A DNA stretch of 64,000 bases from Bacteroidales bacterium. Lineage in GTDB: Bacteria > Bacteroidota > Bacteroidia > Bacteroidales > UBA7960. The stretch is taken from contig JAHYJD010000005.1 of NCBI GenBank assembly GCA_019429365.1, positions 3,240 through 67,239 of the forward strand, in the 5' to 3' direction. The position numbers were made by a program, and so were the translations under genes. Shown here piece by piece: positions 1-7,827 of the stretch; position 1 is the stretch's first letter, and each line of letters begins with the position of its first letter. Under the pieces are notes generated by a model that saw only the letters and a program-made list of their open reading frames with translations, did not search any database and was not told the DNA's origin.

Positions 1-672
1 CACAAAAAACAGTCGGGTGGTGCAGGTCAGTTTGGCGAAGTGCACATGATGATTGAGCCTTACTACGAAGGCAAGCCCGACCAGACCGAATTCCCGATCC
101 GTGGCCGCGATGAGCACCAGCTTCCATGGGGCGGTTTGCTGGTTTTCAACAGCTGTATTGTGGGTGGTGCCATCGATGCACGCTTCCTGCCAGCCATCCT
201 GAAAGGTATCATGGAGAAAATGGAAGAAGGACCGCTTACTGGTTCGTATGCACGCGATATTATCGTGAACGTTTACGACGGTAAAATGCACCCGGTCGAC
301 TCTAACGAAATTTCCTTTAAGCTCGCCGGACGTAACGCATTCAAAGAAGCCTTTAAAAATGCTGCACCAAAGATCCTCGAGCCCATTTACGATGTGGAAG
401 TAATGGTGCCCGAAGAAAAAATGGGTGATGTGATGACCGACCTCCAGGGACGCCGGGCCATCATTATGGGTATGGAAAGCGAAGGACATTACCAGAAAAT
501 CAAGGCCAAGGTTCCCCTGGCCGAACTCAACCGCTACTCCACTTCGCTGAGTTCGCTCACCAGCGGACGTGCCACTTACGGTATGAAGTTCGCCGAGTAC
601 CAACAGGTGCCAATGGACGTGCAGGACGCCCTGCTCAAAGCCTACGAAGAAGAAGAAAAAGACGAGGATTAG
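1..672 (+). CDS. Elongation factor G-family GTPase, C-terminal ~220 aa (5' end outside window); looks like an EF-G paralog rather than canonical FusA
   Basis: Frame 1 is open from base 1 (HKKQSGGAGQFGEVHMM...) and continues the listed 40..672 ORF. EF-G domain IV/V-like blocks are present (HKKQSGG.GQ.G.V, HPVDSNEISFKLAG, MGDVMTDLQGRR). There is an insertion and divergence relative to the canonical IKGG.IP.EYIP block. Confidence 0.8.
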   Translation, partial: HKKQSGGAGQFGEVHMMIEPYYEGKPDQTEFPIRGRDEHQLPWGGLLVFNSCIVGGAIDARFLPAILKGIMEKMEEGPLTGSYARDIIVNVYDGKMHPVDSNEISFKLAGRNAFKEAFKNAAPKILEPIYDVEVMVPEEKMGDVMTDLQGRRAIIMGMESEGHYQKIKAKVPLAELNRYSTSLSSLTSGRATYGMKFAEYQQVPMDVQDALLKAYEEEEKDED

Positions 673-695
673 TCTTTTTCAACAGCCTGATACGC

Positions 696-725
696 AAAAG
701 CCTGGTCATTTGGCCGGGCTTTTCT
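696..725 (+). terminator. Candidate intrinsic terminator after the EF-G-like gene
   Basis: Imperfect hairpin AGCCTGG-tcatt-TGGCCGGGCT followed by TTTTC. Confidence 0.4.
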
Positions 726-885
726 TATTTAGAAAGGTTTTAAGTTACGAAAAGCCGTTGGCAAAGCCCGCAATTTTCCTATTTTTGCGTGCAAAATCAA
801 TTCATTGGTTTACTATAAGTTACACGCAAATATTTTAATTGATCGTATTGTTTTGATGTTGAATTTTGTTAAATCATAATAATCA

Positions 886-2466
886 ATGGCTGAGAAAAAA
901 GACAACACTGCAAATCACGCTCCCGGCAAGAAACCGGCGGGGCAAGTCGAAGCCACGGGCTCCAAAGGATTCCTGCGGTGGATTGAAGACATGGGCAACA
1001 AGCTGCCCCATCCTTTCTGGATCTTTGTCTGGATCTGTATTTTGATTGTGATAACCAGTGCCGTAACTGCCTGGCTGGGTGTCAGCGCAGTCGATCCCGG
1101 TTCTGGTCGTGTGGTGGAGGCACAAAACCTGATGTCGGGCGAAGGCCTCAGGCGGTTTGTGGAACACATGGTAAGCAATTTTGCCTACTTTGCGCCTTTT
1201 GGCCTGGTGCTGGTTATGCTTATGGGGGTTTCCATTGCCGAACGCAGCGGATTACTGGCAGTGGCGCTTCGCACGGTGGCGTTTTCTGTTCCCAAAAAGA
1301 TTGTTCTGCCCGTTATTTTCATTATTGGTGCCTGTGGCAATATTGGCTCTGATGCCGGTATCGTCATCGTTCCGCCCATTGCAGCGCTTATCTTTATGCA
1401 GATGGGGCTCAACCCTATTGCCGGCCTTATAGCCGGTTACGCTGGAGCTACGGCGGGTTTTACGGCCAATTTCTTCATTGCCGGCACCGATGTGTTGTTG
1501 GCTGGCATCAGCACCGAGATCACCCACCATATCGATCCAAGTCTTGAGGTCAGTGCCACAGCCAACTGGTACTTTATGATTGCCTCCACCTTTCTGCTTG
1601 GATTTGGCGGTGCGTTTATTGCACGTAAATATACCATTCCGCGCACCAGCCAGTTTGCCATTACCGGCGAAACGGTTGAATTTGTCGAAAGGCCGACCCT
1701 TAGCCACGCCGAAAGGAAAGGGCTGAAGCATGCCGGTATCTCCCTTTTGATTTATGTGATTTTGGTGCTGCTGGTAGTAGTGCCCGAAGGTGCGCCCCTG
1801 CGAAACCCCGAAACCGGTGGCTTGGTTCCATCGCCATTCCTCAGGGGCCTGGTGCCCATACTTTTTTTCATGTTTGCCATTCCGGGCTATTTTTACGGCA
1901 GGTCCACCGGCACCATCAAAAACAGCAACGATGTGCTCCGGCACATGGAGCATGGCATGAAAGAGCTTTCGGGCTATATTGTGCTTATGCTGGTGGTGGC
2001 CCAGTTTATTAACCTGTTCTACTGGTCAAACCTCGACACTATTCTTGCCATTCGCGGTGCCGAACTGCTCAAGGCTTCCGGCCTGACCGGCCCGGTTATG
2101 TTTGCCCTGTTTATGATCATAGTGGCTTTACTCAATATCTTCCTGGGCAGCGGCTCGGCCAAATGGGCCATTTTCGCCCCGGTATTCATCCCCATGCTGT
2201 ATCAGCTCAACTACAGCCCGGCCTTTGTGCAGCTTATGTATCGCGTGGGCGATTCCATTACCAACTGTGTAACGCCATTGTATGTGTATTTCCCGCTGCT
2301 GCTGGGATGGATACACAAATACAACAAAAACATTGGCATCGGAACCATCGTGTCGCTGCTCATTCCCTATGCCGTGATTCTGTTTATTATGTGGCTGGTG
2401 CTGCTGTTCGTGTGGTTTGGTCTCAACCTTCCCATTGGGGTAGGCGAGTGGATCTATCTTCAGTAA
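886..2466 (+). CDS. AbgT-family transporter (p-aminobenzoyl-glutamate/antimetabolite transporter family)
   Basis: 526-aa polytopic membrane ORF. The N-terminal GFLRWIEDMGNKLPHPFWIF block is typical of AbgT proteins. Confidence 0.8.
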   Translation: MAEKKDNTANHAPGKKPAGQVEATGSKGFLRWIEDMGNKLPHPFWIFVWICILIVITSAVTAWLGVSAVDPGSGRVVEAQNLMSGEGLRRFVEHMVSNFAYFAPFGLVLVMLMGVSIAERSGLLAVALRTVAFSVPKKIVLPVIFIIGACGNIGSDAGIVIVPPIAALIFMQMGLNPIAGLIAGYAGATAGFTANFFIAGTDVLLAGISTEITHHIDPSLEVSATANWYFMIASTFLLGFGGAFIARKYTIPRTSQFAITGETVEFVERPTLSHAERKGLKHAGISLLIYVILVLLVVVPEGAPLRNPETGGLVPSPFLRGLVPILFFMFAIPGYFYGRSTGTIKNSNDVLRHMEHGMKELSGYIVLMLVVAQFINLFYWSNLDTILAIRGAELLKASGLTGPVMFALFMIIVALLNIFLGSGSAKWAIFAPVFIPMLYQLNYSPAFVQLMYRVGDSITNCVTPLYVYFPLLLGWIHKYNKNIGIGTIVSLLIPYAVILFIMWLVLLFVWFGLNLPIGVGEWIYLQ

Positions 2467-2486
2467 GCTTTCGCTGAAAAACTTTG

Positions 2487-2513
2487 AGCCCGGGGTTTCC
2501 TCCGGGCTTTTTT
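2487..2513 (+). terminator. Intrinsic terminator after the AbgT-family gene
   Basis: AGCCCGG-ggtttcct-CCGGGCT stem followed by TTTTTT. Confidence 0.65.
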
Positions 2514-2556
2514 AAAGCCGTTGCTTTTCGTAGATTTATAACAAAAATGGAATGCC

Positions 2557-3087
2557 ATGAATGCAAAAGCCGATATTATTTTTAGCCGACGCAGCATTCG
2601 CCTTTACCAGGCCGGGCCTGCCATAAGCGACGAGACGATTCATTTTCTGCTCGATGCCGCTATGAGTGCCCCGACAGCACGCAACCGCCAGCCCTGGCAT
2701 TTTGTGGTTGTTACCCGCAAGGATTTACTGGAGGAACTGAGCCGGCGGCATCCGTATGGTAAAATGCTTACCAGTGCGGTGATGGCTGTTTTAGTTTGCG
2801 GAGACGCTGGTCTTGAACAGGAAGAAAGTTTTATTGTGCAGGCTTGCTCAGCGGCCACCCAAAACTTGCTTTTGGCAGTTGAAACCCTTGGGTTGGGAGC
2901 GGTCTGGCTGGGCGTCCATCCGCGCCGCGAACGCGCGGAGGCCATCAGCAACCTGCTCGGAATTCCGGAACATATTCTACCGGTTTCGCTGGTATCAATA
3001 GGATATCCGGCTGAAGAAAAACCCCGCAATGCCAATTACAGGCAGAGCAGGGTTCATCTGAATGGCTGGACAGAAACCAGTGCTTAG
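2557..3087 (+). CDS. Nitroreductase-family protein
   Basis: 176-aa ORF with SIR.Y....I and SAPTARNRQPWHFVVV motifs, which are typical of FMN nitroreductase-fold proteins. Confidence 0.8.
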   Translation: MNAKADIIFSRRSIRLYQAGPAISDETIHFLLDAAMSAPTARNRQPWHFVVVTRKDLLEELSRRHPYGKMLTSAVMAVLVCGDAGLEQEESFIVQACSAATQNLLLAVETLGLGAVWLGVHPRRERAEAISNLLGIPEHILPVSLVSIGYPAEEKPRNANYRQSRVHLNGWTETSA

Positions 3088-5753
3088 CCGCACTTGCTTT
3101 CGCCACAGGTGGTGCAGATAAGGCACCCTTCCTGGTAAATAACACTTTCCTGGCTGCACTTGCTGCAAACCCTTCCGTGGGCCTGGGTGCCATCCGGAAT
3201 AAATTTTTTGAGGGCACGCACTACCCCGTTTTTCCAGGTATGCAGGTGGTCGCTGTCGAGGCTCAGGTCTTCAATAACATCTACCACCGAGGGCAGCGGC
3301 ATGCCATGACGCAGAATGCCCGAAATTAACTTGGCATAGTTCCAGAACTCTTTGTAGAATGAGCGTGACAGGCCTTCAATGGTCACTTTGTACCCATCGC
3401 GGTCAAGAAACTGGAAGTCGTAGCGCTTTTCGCCGTTTTCGTTGCGGTTTTTAATAACCCAACCCTTATCCACGTAAGTGGGTAAATAAAAACCTTCTGC
3501 TTTTCCAGTAAAAATTTCGTAGGGCCGGTCATTGAGAATGCCAACCACTGCGATCCATTTTTCGGAATCGTTGTTGAAGCGCACTACCTCGCACTCCAGT
3601 ATTTTTGGGCGTTTTGGAGCGTTGGTTTCCTTAAACTCCTGCTTGTCTTCTTTCTTGCTGTCTTTTACCAGCACCCCCGAACGGGAGCCATCGCGGTAAA
3701 CGGTAATGCCTTTGCAACCGCTTTCCCAGCCAGTAAGATAAATTTTGCCGACCAGCTCTTCAGTTGCATTGTTGGGCACGTTTACGGTAACGCTTATGGA
3801 GTGGTCGACCCACTTCTGCACGGCTCCCTGCATATGCACTTTGGCAACCCAGTCCACGTCGTTGGCGGTGGCCTTGTAAAAGGGCGATTGTCTGATGACA
3901 TCCTGGAGTTCACTTTCCTTCAGGTGGGCCAGCTTTTCTTCGTCGTGGCCGTTGGCACGCATCCAGTCAATAAACTTGTGGTGAAACACATTATATTCTT
4001 CCCAGTGGTCACCAATTTCATCTACGAAGTCTACCCTTACGTTCTTGTCGTTGGGGTTTACCTTACGCCTGCGCTTGTAGGCCACCATAAACACCGGCTC
4101 AATGCCCGAGGTGGTTTGGGTAAGAAGGGAAACACTGCCAGTTGGGGCAATGGTTAGCAGTGCAATGTTTCGGCGGCCATGCTTCTCCATGTCGGCATAC
4201 AATTCGGGGTCGGCTTCCTTTACTCGCTGAATAAAAGGGTTGCCGGCCTCGAGCTGGGTGTCGTAAACGGGAAAGGCGCCACGCTCGGCTGCCAGATCGA
4301 CAGAAGAACGGTAAGCAGCCAGGGCCAAAGTTTTGTGCACGTTTACCGAAAAATCAGAAGCTTCTTCAGTGCCATAGCGGAAACCCAGGGCAGCCAGCAT
4401 ATCGCCTTCGGCGGTAATGCCGATACCCGTGCGGCGACCTTCGATGCACTTCTCGCGAATCTTCATCCAAAGATCTTTTTCCACGCGTTTTACCTCTTCC
4501 AGCTCGGGGTCCATTTCAATTTTTTCAATGATCCTGTCAATTTTCTCCAGCTCCAGATCAATGATGTCGTCCATTATGCGCTGGGCCAGAGCCACATGCT
4601 TTTTAAACAGCGGAAAATCGAAGCTGGCCTTGCTGGTAAAAGGGTTTTTTACGTAGCTGTATAGGTTTATGGCCAGTAGGCGGCAGCTGTCGTAGGGGCA
4701 GAGTGGAATTTCGCCGCAGGGGTTGGTAGAAACGGTCTGGAAGCCCTGGTCGGCATAGCAGTCGGGCACCGATTCGCGCAATATGGTATCCCAGAAAAGG
4801 ATGCCAGGCTCGGCCGAGCGCCAGGCGTTGTGTACGATTTTTTTCCAGAGATCGCCCGCGTTGATGCGCTTAATATACTTTGGGTCGCTACTGCTAATGG
4901 GATATTGCTGCACAAAGTCTTCCTGGCCAACCACCGCTTTCATAAACTCGTCGGTAATTTTTACCGAAACGTTTGCGCCGGTTACTTTGCCCTGTTCGAG
5001 CTTGGCATCGATAAAACTTTCGGCGTCGGGATGCTTCACCGAAACGGTAAGCATGAGGGCCCCACGGCGGCCATCCTGGGCCACTTCGCGCGTAGAGTTT
5101 GAATAGCGCTCCATGAAGGGCACCAGTCCGGTGGAAGTTAGGGCGCTGTTTTTCACAGGGCTTCCCTTGGGCCTGATATGCGAGAGGTCATGACCAACCC
5201 CGCCGCGCCGCTTCATAAGCTGAACCTGCTCTTCATCCACTTTCATAATGCCGCCATAGGAGTCGGCATCGCCTTTATTGCCAATTACAAAACAATTTGA
5301 TAAGGAACCGATCTGAAAGGGGTTGCCAATACCAGCCATTGGACTGCCCTGGGGCACAATGTACTTAAAACGGTCCAGGGCCTGAAAAATGGTTTCCGCC
5401 TCGAGCGGATTGGGGTAGTTTTTTTCTATGCGTGCAATTTCGCGTGTAATGCGCCAATGCATGTCTTCTGGCGAAAGCTCATAAAGGTTGCCATCAGAAT
5501 CCTTCAGTGCATATTTATTTACCCAAACGCCAGCCGCCAGGCTGTCGCCATTAAAATATTCGGTGGCCTTTTTCAGGGCTTCTTCGAAAGCATACTTTTT
5601 AACAGGTTTCCCGGTATCGGCCGCTGCCGCGCCATGCTCGCCCCCGAGGTCCGGACGGCTTCGCTGGTCTATTACCTGATTGTATAAGTTCTGACCCTCC
5701 TTCTGCTGTCCTGTCTCAGGGTGTGTCTCCGCAAATGCAGGCTTATTCTCCAT
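3084..5753 (-). CDS. nrdJ: Adenosylcobalamin-dependent (class II) ribonucleotide reductase
   Basis: 889-aa ORF. It has an RNR catalytic core (SNPCGEIPL, active-site Cys context, TIAPTGSVS) and a Cys-rich C-terminal tail (CSKCS...CLICTTCGESKCG). The size and N-terminus resemble Bacteroidota NrdJ. Confidence 0.85.
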   Translation of the reverse strand: MENKPAFAETHPETGQQKEGQNLYNQVIDQRSRPDLGGEHGAAAADTGKPVKKYAFEEALKKATEYFNGDSLAAGVWVNKYALKDSDGNLYELSPEDMHWRITREIARIEKNYPNPLEAETIFQALDRFKYIVPQGSPMAGIGNPFQIGSLSNCFVIGNKGDADSYGGIMKVDEEQVQLMKRRGGVGHDLSHIRPKGSPVKNSALTSTGLVPFMERYSNSTREVAQDGRRGALMLTVSVKHPDAESFIDAKLEQGKVTGANVSVKITDEFMKAVVGQEDFVQQYPISSSDPKYIKRINAGDLWKKIVHNAWRSAEPGILFWDTILRESVPDCYADQGFQTVSTNPCGEIPLCPYDSCRLLAINLYSYVKNPFTSKASFDFPLFKKHVALAQRIMDDIIDLELEKIDRIIEKIEMDPELEEVKRVEKDLWMKIREKCIEGRRTGIGITAEGDMLAALGFRYGTEEASDFSVNVHKTLALAAYRSSVDLAAERGAFPVYDTQLEAGNPFIQRVKEADPELYADMEKHGRRNIALLTIAPTGSVSLLTQTTSGIEPVFMVAYKRRRKVNPNDKNVRVDFVDEIGDHWEEYNVFHHKFIDWMRANGHDEEKLAHLKESELQDVIRQSPFYKATANDVDWVAKVHMQGAVQKWVDHSISVTVNVPNNATEELVGKIYLTGWESGCKGITVYRDGSRSGVLVKDSKKEDKQEFKETNAPKRPKILECEVVRFNNDSEKWIAVVGILNDRPYEIFTGKAEGFYLPTYVDKGWVIKNRNENGEKRYDFQFLDRDGYKVTIEGLSRSFYKEFWNYAKLISGILRHGMPLPSVVDVIEDLSLDSDHLHTWKNGVVRALKKFIPDGTQAHGRVCSKCSQESVIYQEGCLICTTCGESKCG

Positions 5754-5784
5754 TTCTACTATTGGTTTTTAAGGTATTACGTGG

Positions 5785-5852
5785 AAAAATCGCCCCTTTC
5801 GAATGAAAAAAACATGCTTGTGATTAGCATTTCGGAGGCGATTCAAAGGCGA
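5785..5852 (-). promoter_or_regulatory. Terminator-like nested hairpin in the nrdJ leader (candidate attenuator)
   Basis: Read on the minus strand: TCGCCTTTGAAT ... [ATGCT-aatcaca-AGCAT-GTTTTTTT] ... ATTCGAAAGGGGCGA-TTTTT. It ends about 35 nt upstream of the nrdJ ATG. Confidence 0.35.
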
Positions 5853-6121
5853 AGATAAAAAACAAAACCGTTGGAAACGACACTAGTTTATTAACAATGG
5901 CCGAAAGTTATTAACCGACCTTGTTTAACTGTTTGACTGGAAAATGAATAAGTTAAATGTAGTTTTTTCGCCTATTTACTGTGTTGATAAAAGGCTGAAT
6001 ATCAGTCGCTTGTTTTAAAAACAAACCCGTAAGCGCCTAATTTTGTTGTATTTAAGGGTATGTTAATGTGTTTAATATTTGCATTTCCCCTTGCGGCAGA
6101 AGTAAGATTTCTGGTGTTTGT

Positions 6122-7211
6122 TTACGATTCGCCAAATTCGATGAGGAAGGCTTTGATGAAGTCGTCGATTTCGCCATCCATTACCAGTTGCACGTTCGAT
6201 GTTTCCACTCCGGTGCGCAGGTCTTTCACCAGTTTATAGGGATGGAAGACGTAATTCCGTATTTGCGACCCCCATTCAATTTTCTTCTTGGAACTCTCCA
6301 GGGCCTCGAGTTTTTCACGTTTCTTACGAAGCTCAATTTCGTATAGTTGCGACTTTAGCATGGTTATGGCTTTCTCGCGGTTTTGCCCCTGGGAGCGGGT
6401 CTCCTGGCACTCAACCACAATGCCGCTGGGTGCGTGGTAAAGACGAACGGCCGTTTCAACCTTGTTTACGTTCTGGCCGCCGGGCCCGCTCGAGCGGAAA
6501 GTATCCCAGCTCAGGTCGGCAGGGTTGAGCTCTATTTCAATATTATCGTCAACCACAGGATAGGCATATACGGAGGCAAAGGAAGTGTGGCGGCGGTTGG
6601 CTGAGTCGAAGGGCGACAGCCTTACCAGCCGGTGCACCCCGCTTTCTCCCTTCAGGTAGCCGAAGGCAAATTCTCCTTCAAACTCAATGGAGGCACTTTT
6701 AATGCCGGCTCCATCACCCTCCTGCAGGTCGAGTACCTTGGTTTTGAAATCGTTCTTTTCTCCCCAGCGCAGGTACATGCGCATGAGCATTTCGGCCCAG
6801 TCCTGGCTTTCGGTGCCGCCAGCCCCGGAGTTGATGTTAAGAATGGCATTCAGGTGGTCTTCCTCTTTGCTTAGCATCTTTTTAAACTCAAGGTCTTCCA
6901 GATGTTTCAGCGCAAGCTGGTATTGCTTGTCGACGTCCTCTTCGCTACCCTCCTCAGCTTCAAAGAAGTCGAAAAGCACCTTCAGGTCTTCGAGTTCGTG
7001 TTGGGTCTTCTCAAAAGCGTTGGTCCACTTTTTCAGTTCACTGGTTTGTTTCAGGATTTTTTCGGCCTCTTTGGGGTCATCCCAAAAACCGGGAGTTTCG
7101 CTTTGCGCTTGAAGCTCCTCAATCTGGTTTATTTTGTTGTCAACGTCAAAGGAACCTCCTTAAGGCTTCAAGCCTTTTATCGAGCTCTTTAATGTTTTCA
7201 GAATAAATCAT
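6122..7211 (-). CDS. prfB: Peptide chain release factor 2, expressed via programmed +1 ribosomal frameshift
   Basis: ORF 6122..6979 carries the SPF (RLSPFDS) and GGQ ([10 protein letters not shown]) motifs. The N-terminus [21 protein letters not shown] starts at 7211 in another frame and ends at an in-frame TGA (7148..7146). Shifting +1 at CTT-TGA-C joins the two frames to give about 362 aa. Confidence 0.9.
7145..7160 (-). promoter_or_regulatory. RF2 +1 frameshift site: SD-like AGGAGG, 3-nt spacer, slippery CTT, TGA C
   Basis: The minus strand reads TTA AGG AGG TTC CTT TGA C. This matches the classical prfB autoregulatory frameshift cassette. Confidence 0.9.
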
Positions 7212-7233
7212 GGCTCTATCTTTTTTGTGAATT

Positions 7234-7710
7234 TTACAATTTGTTTATCACCCTCCACACCAGGTCGGGTTCAAAGCCTTTTCTAATGCAGTGTTCGGCT
7301 GTTTTACCCCTTGCGGTGAAGTCTGAAGGTTCTTTCAGGCTTTTGAGTTTTTTTGCGGCAATATCGTTGAGTACCTCCAGGTATTTATTTTCATCTATTT
7401 CGAAAAGCGCCTCAGCGATGGTGTTTTCATCTATTTGCCTGAAGGCGAGTTCCTGTTTAATGCGGGTGCGCCCCCAGTGGTTGTGTTCAAATTTTCCCCT
7501 GGCATAGGCCCTTGCAAATCGCTGCTCGTCCAAAAACCCTTCTTGTAGCAGGGTGTCGAGTATTTTTGCCGTTAAATCCCGGTTTGCCCCGAGCTGAGAT
7601 AGGCGGTCGGCAGTTTCTTTTTTACAGCGGTCGCGGTAGGCACAAAAGCGACGGGCTTTCTCGAGAAATTCCTCATAAAGCATCCTTTCGCCTGCAGTGG
7701 TATTAGCCAT
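7234..7710 (-). CDS. recX: RecX-family regulatory protein
   Basis: 158-aa helical ORF with the CAYRDRC...E and GFLDEQRFA..YARGKF repeat pattern typical of RecX. It lies 22 nt upstream of prfB. Confidence 0.75.
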   Translation of the reverse strand: MANTTAGERMLYEEFLEKARRFCAYRDRCKKETADRLSQLGANRDLTAKILDTLLQEGFLDEQRFARAYARGKFEHNHWGRTRIKQELAFRQIDENTIAEALFEIDENKYLEVLNDIAAKKLKSLKEPSDFTARGKTAEHCIRKGFEPDLVWRVINKL

Positions 7711-7754
7711 GACCTGGTGTTTTTCGCCGAAGGCAAAGGTAAGCTATTGCCCCC

Positions 7755-7817
7755 AAAAATAAAAGCAGTGTGCATGTCTTGTTTCGCGGGGAAAGCGCGC
7801 ATGCACACTGCTTTTTA
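7755..7817 (-). terminator. Terminator after rng (13-bp perfect stem, A/T tracts on both sides)
   Basis: AGCAGTGTGCATG (7764..7776) pairs with CATGCACACTGCT (7800..7812). It is flanked by A-rich and T-rich runs. Confidence 0.6.
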
Positions 7818-7827
7818 TCAGCAAGCT

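Noticed and set aside
1252-1953. Long antisense or alternative-frame ORFs within abgT. The same pattern occurs at 38841..39494, 45557..46342, 49598..50242, 61345..62028 and 19059..19661.
   Set aside because: Each overlaps a gene with strong family motifs on the opposite strand, and none has features of its own.
5754-6121. A cobalamin riboswitch or NrdR boxes upstream of nrdJ.
   Set aside because: There is no B12-box-like core (GCCACTG context) on either strand. The best NrdR-like candidate (ACACTAGTTTATTAAC) is not palindromic. Only the generic terminator-like hairpin is reported.
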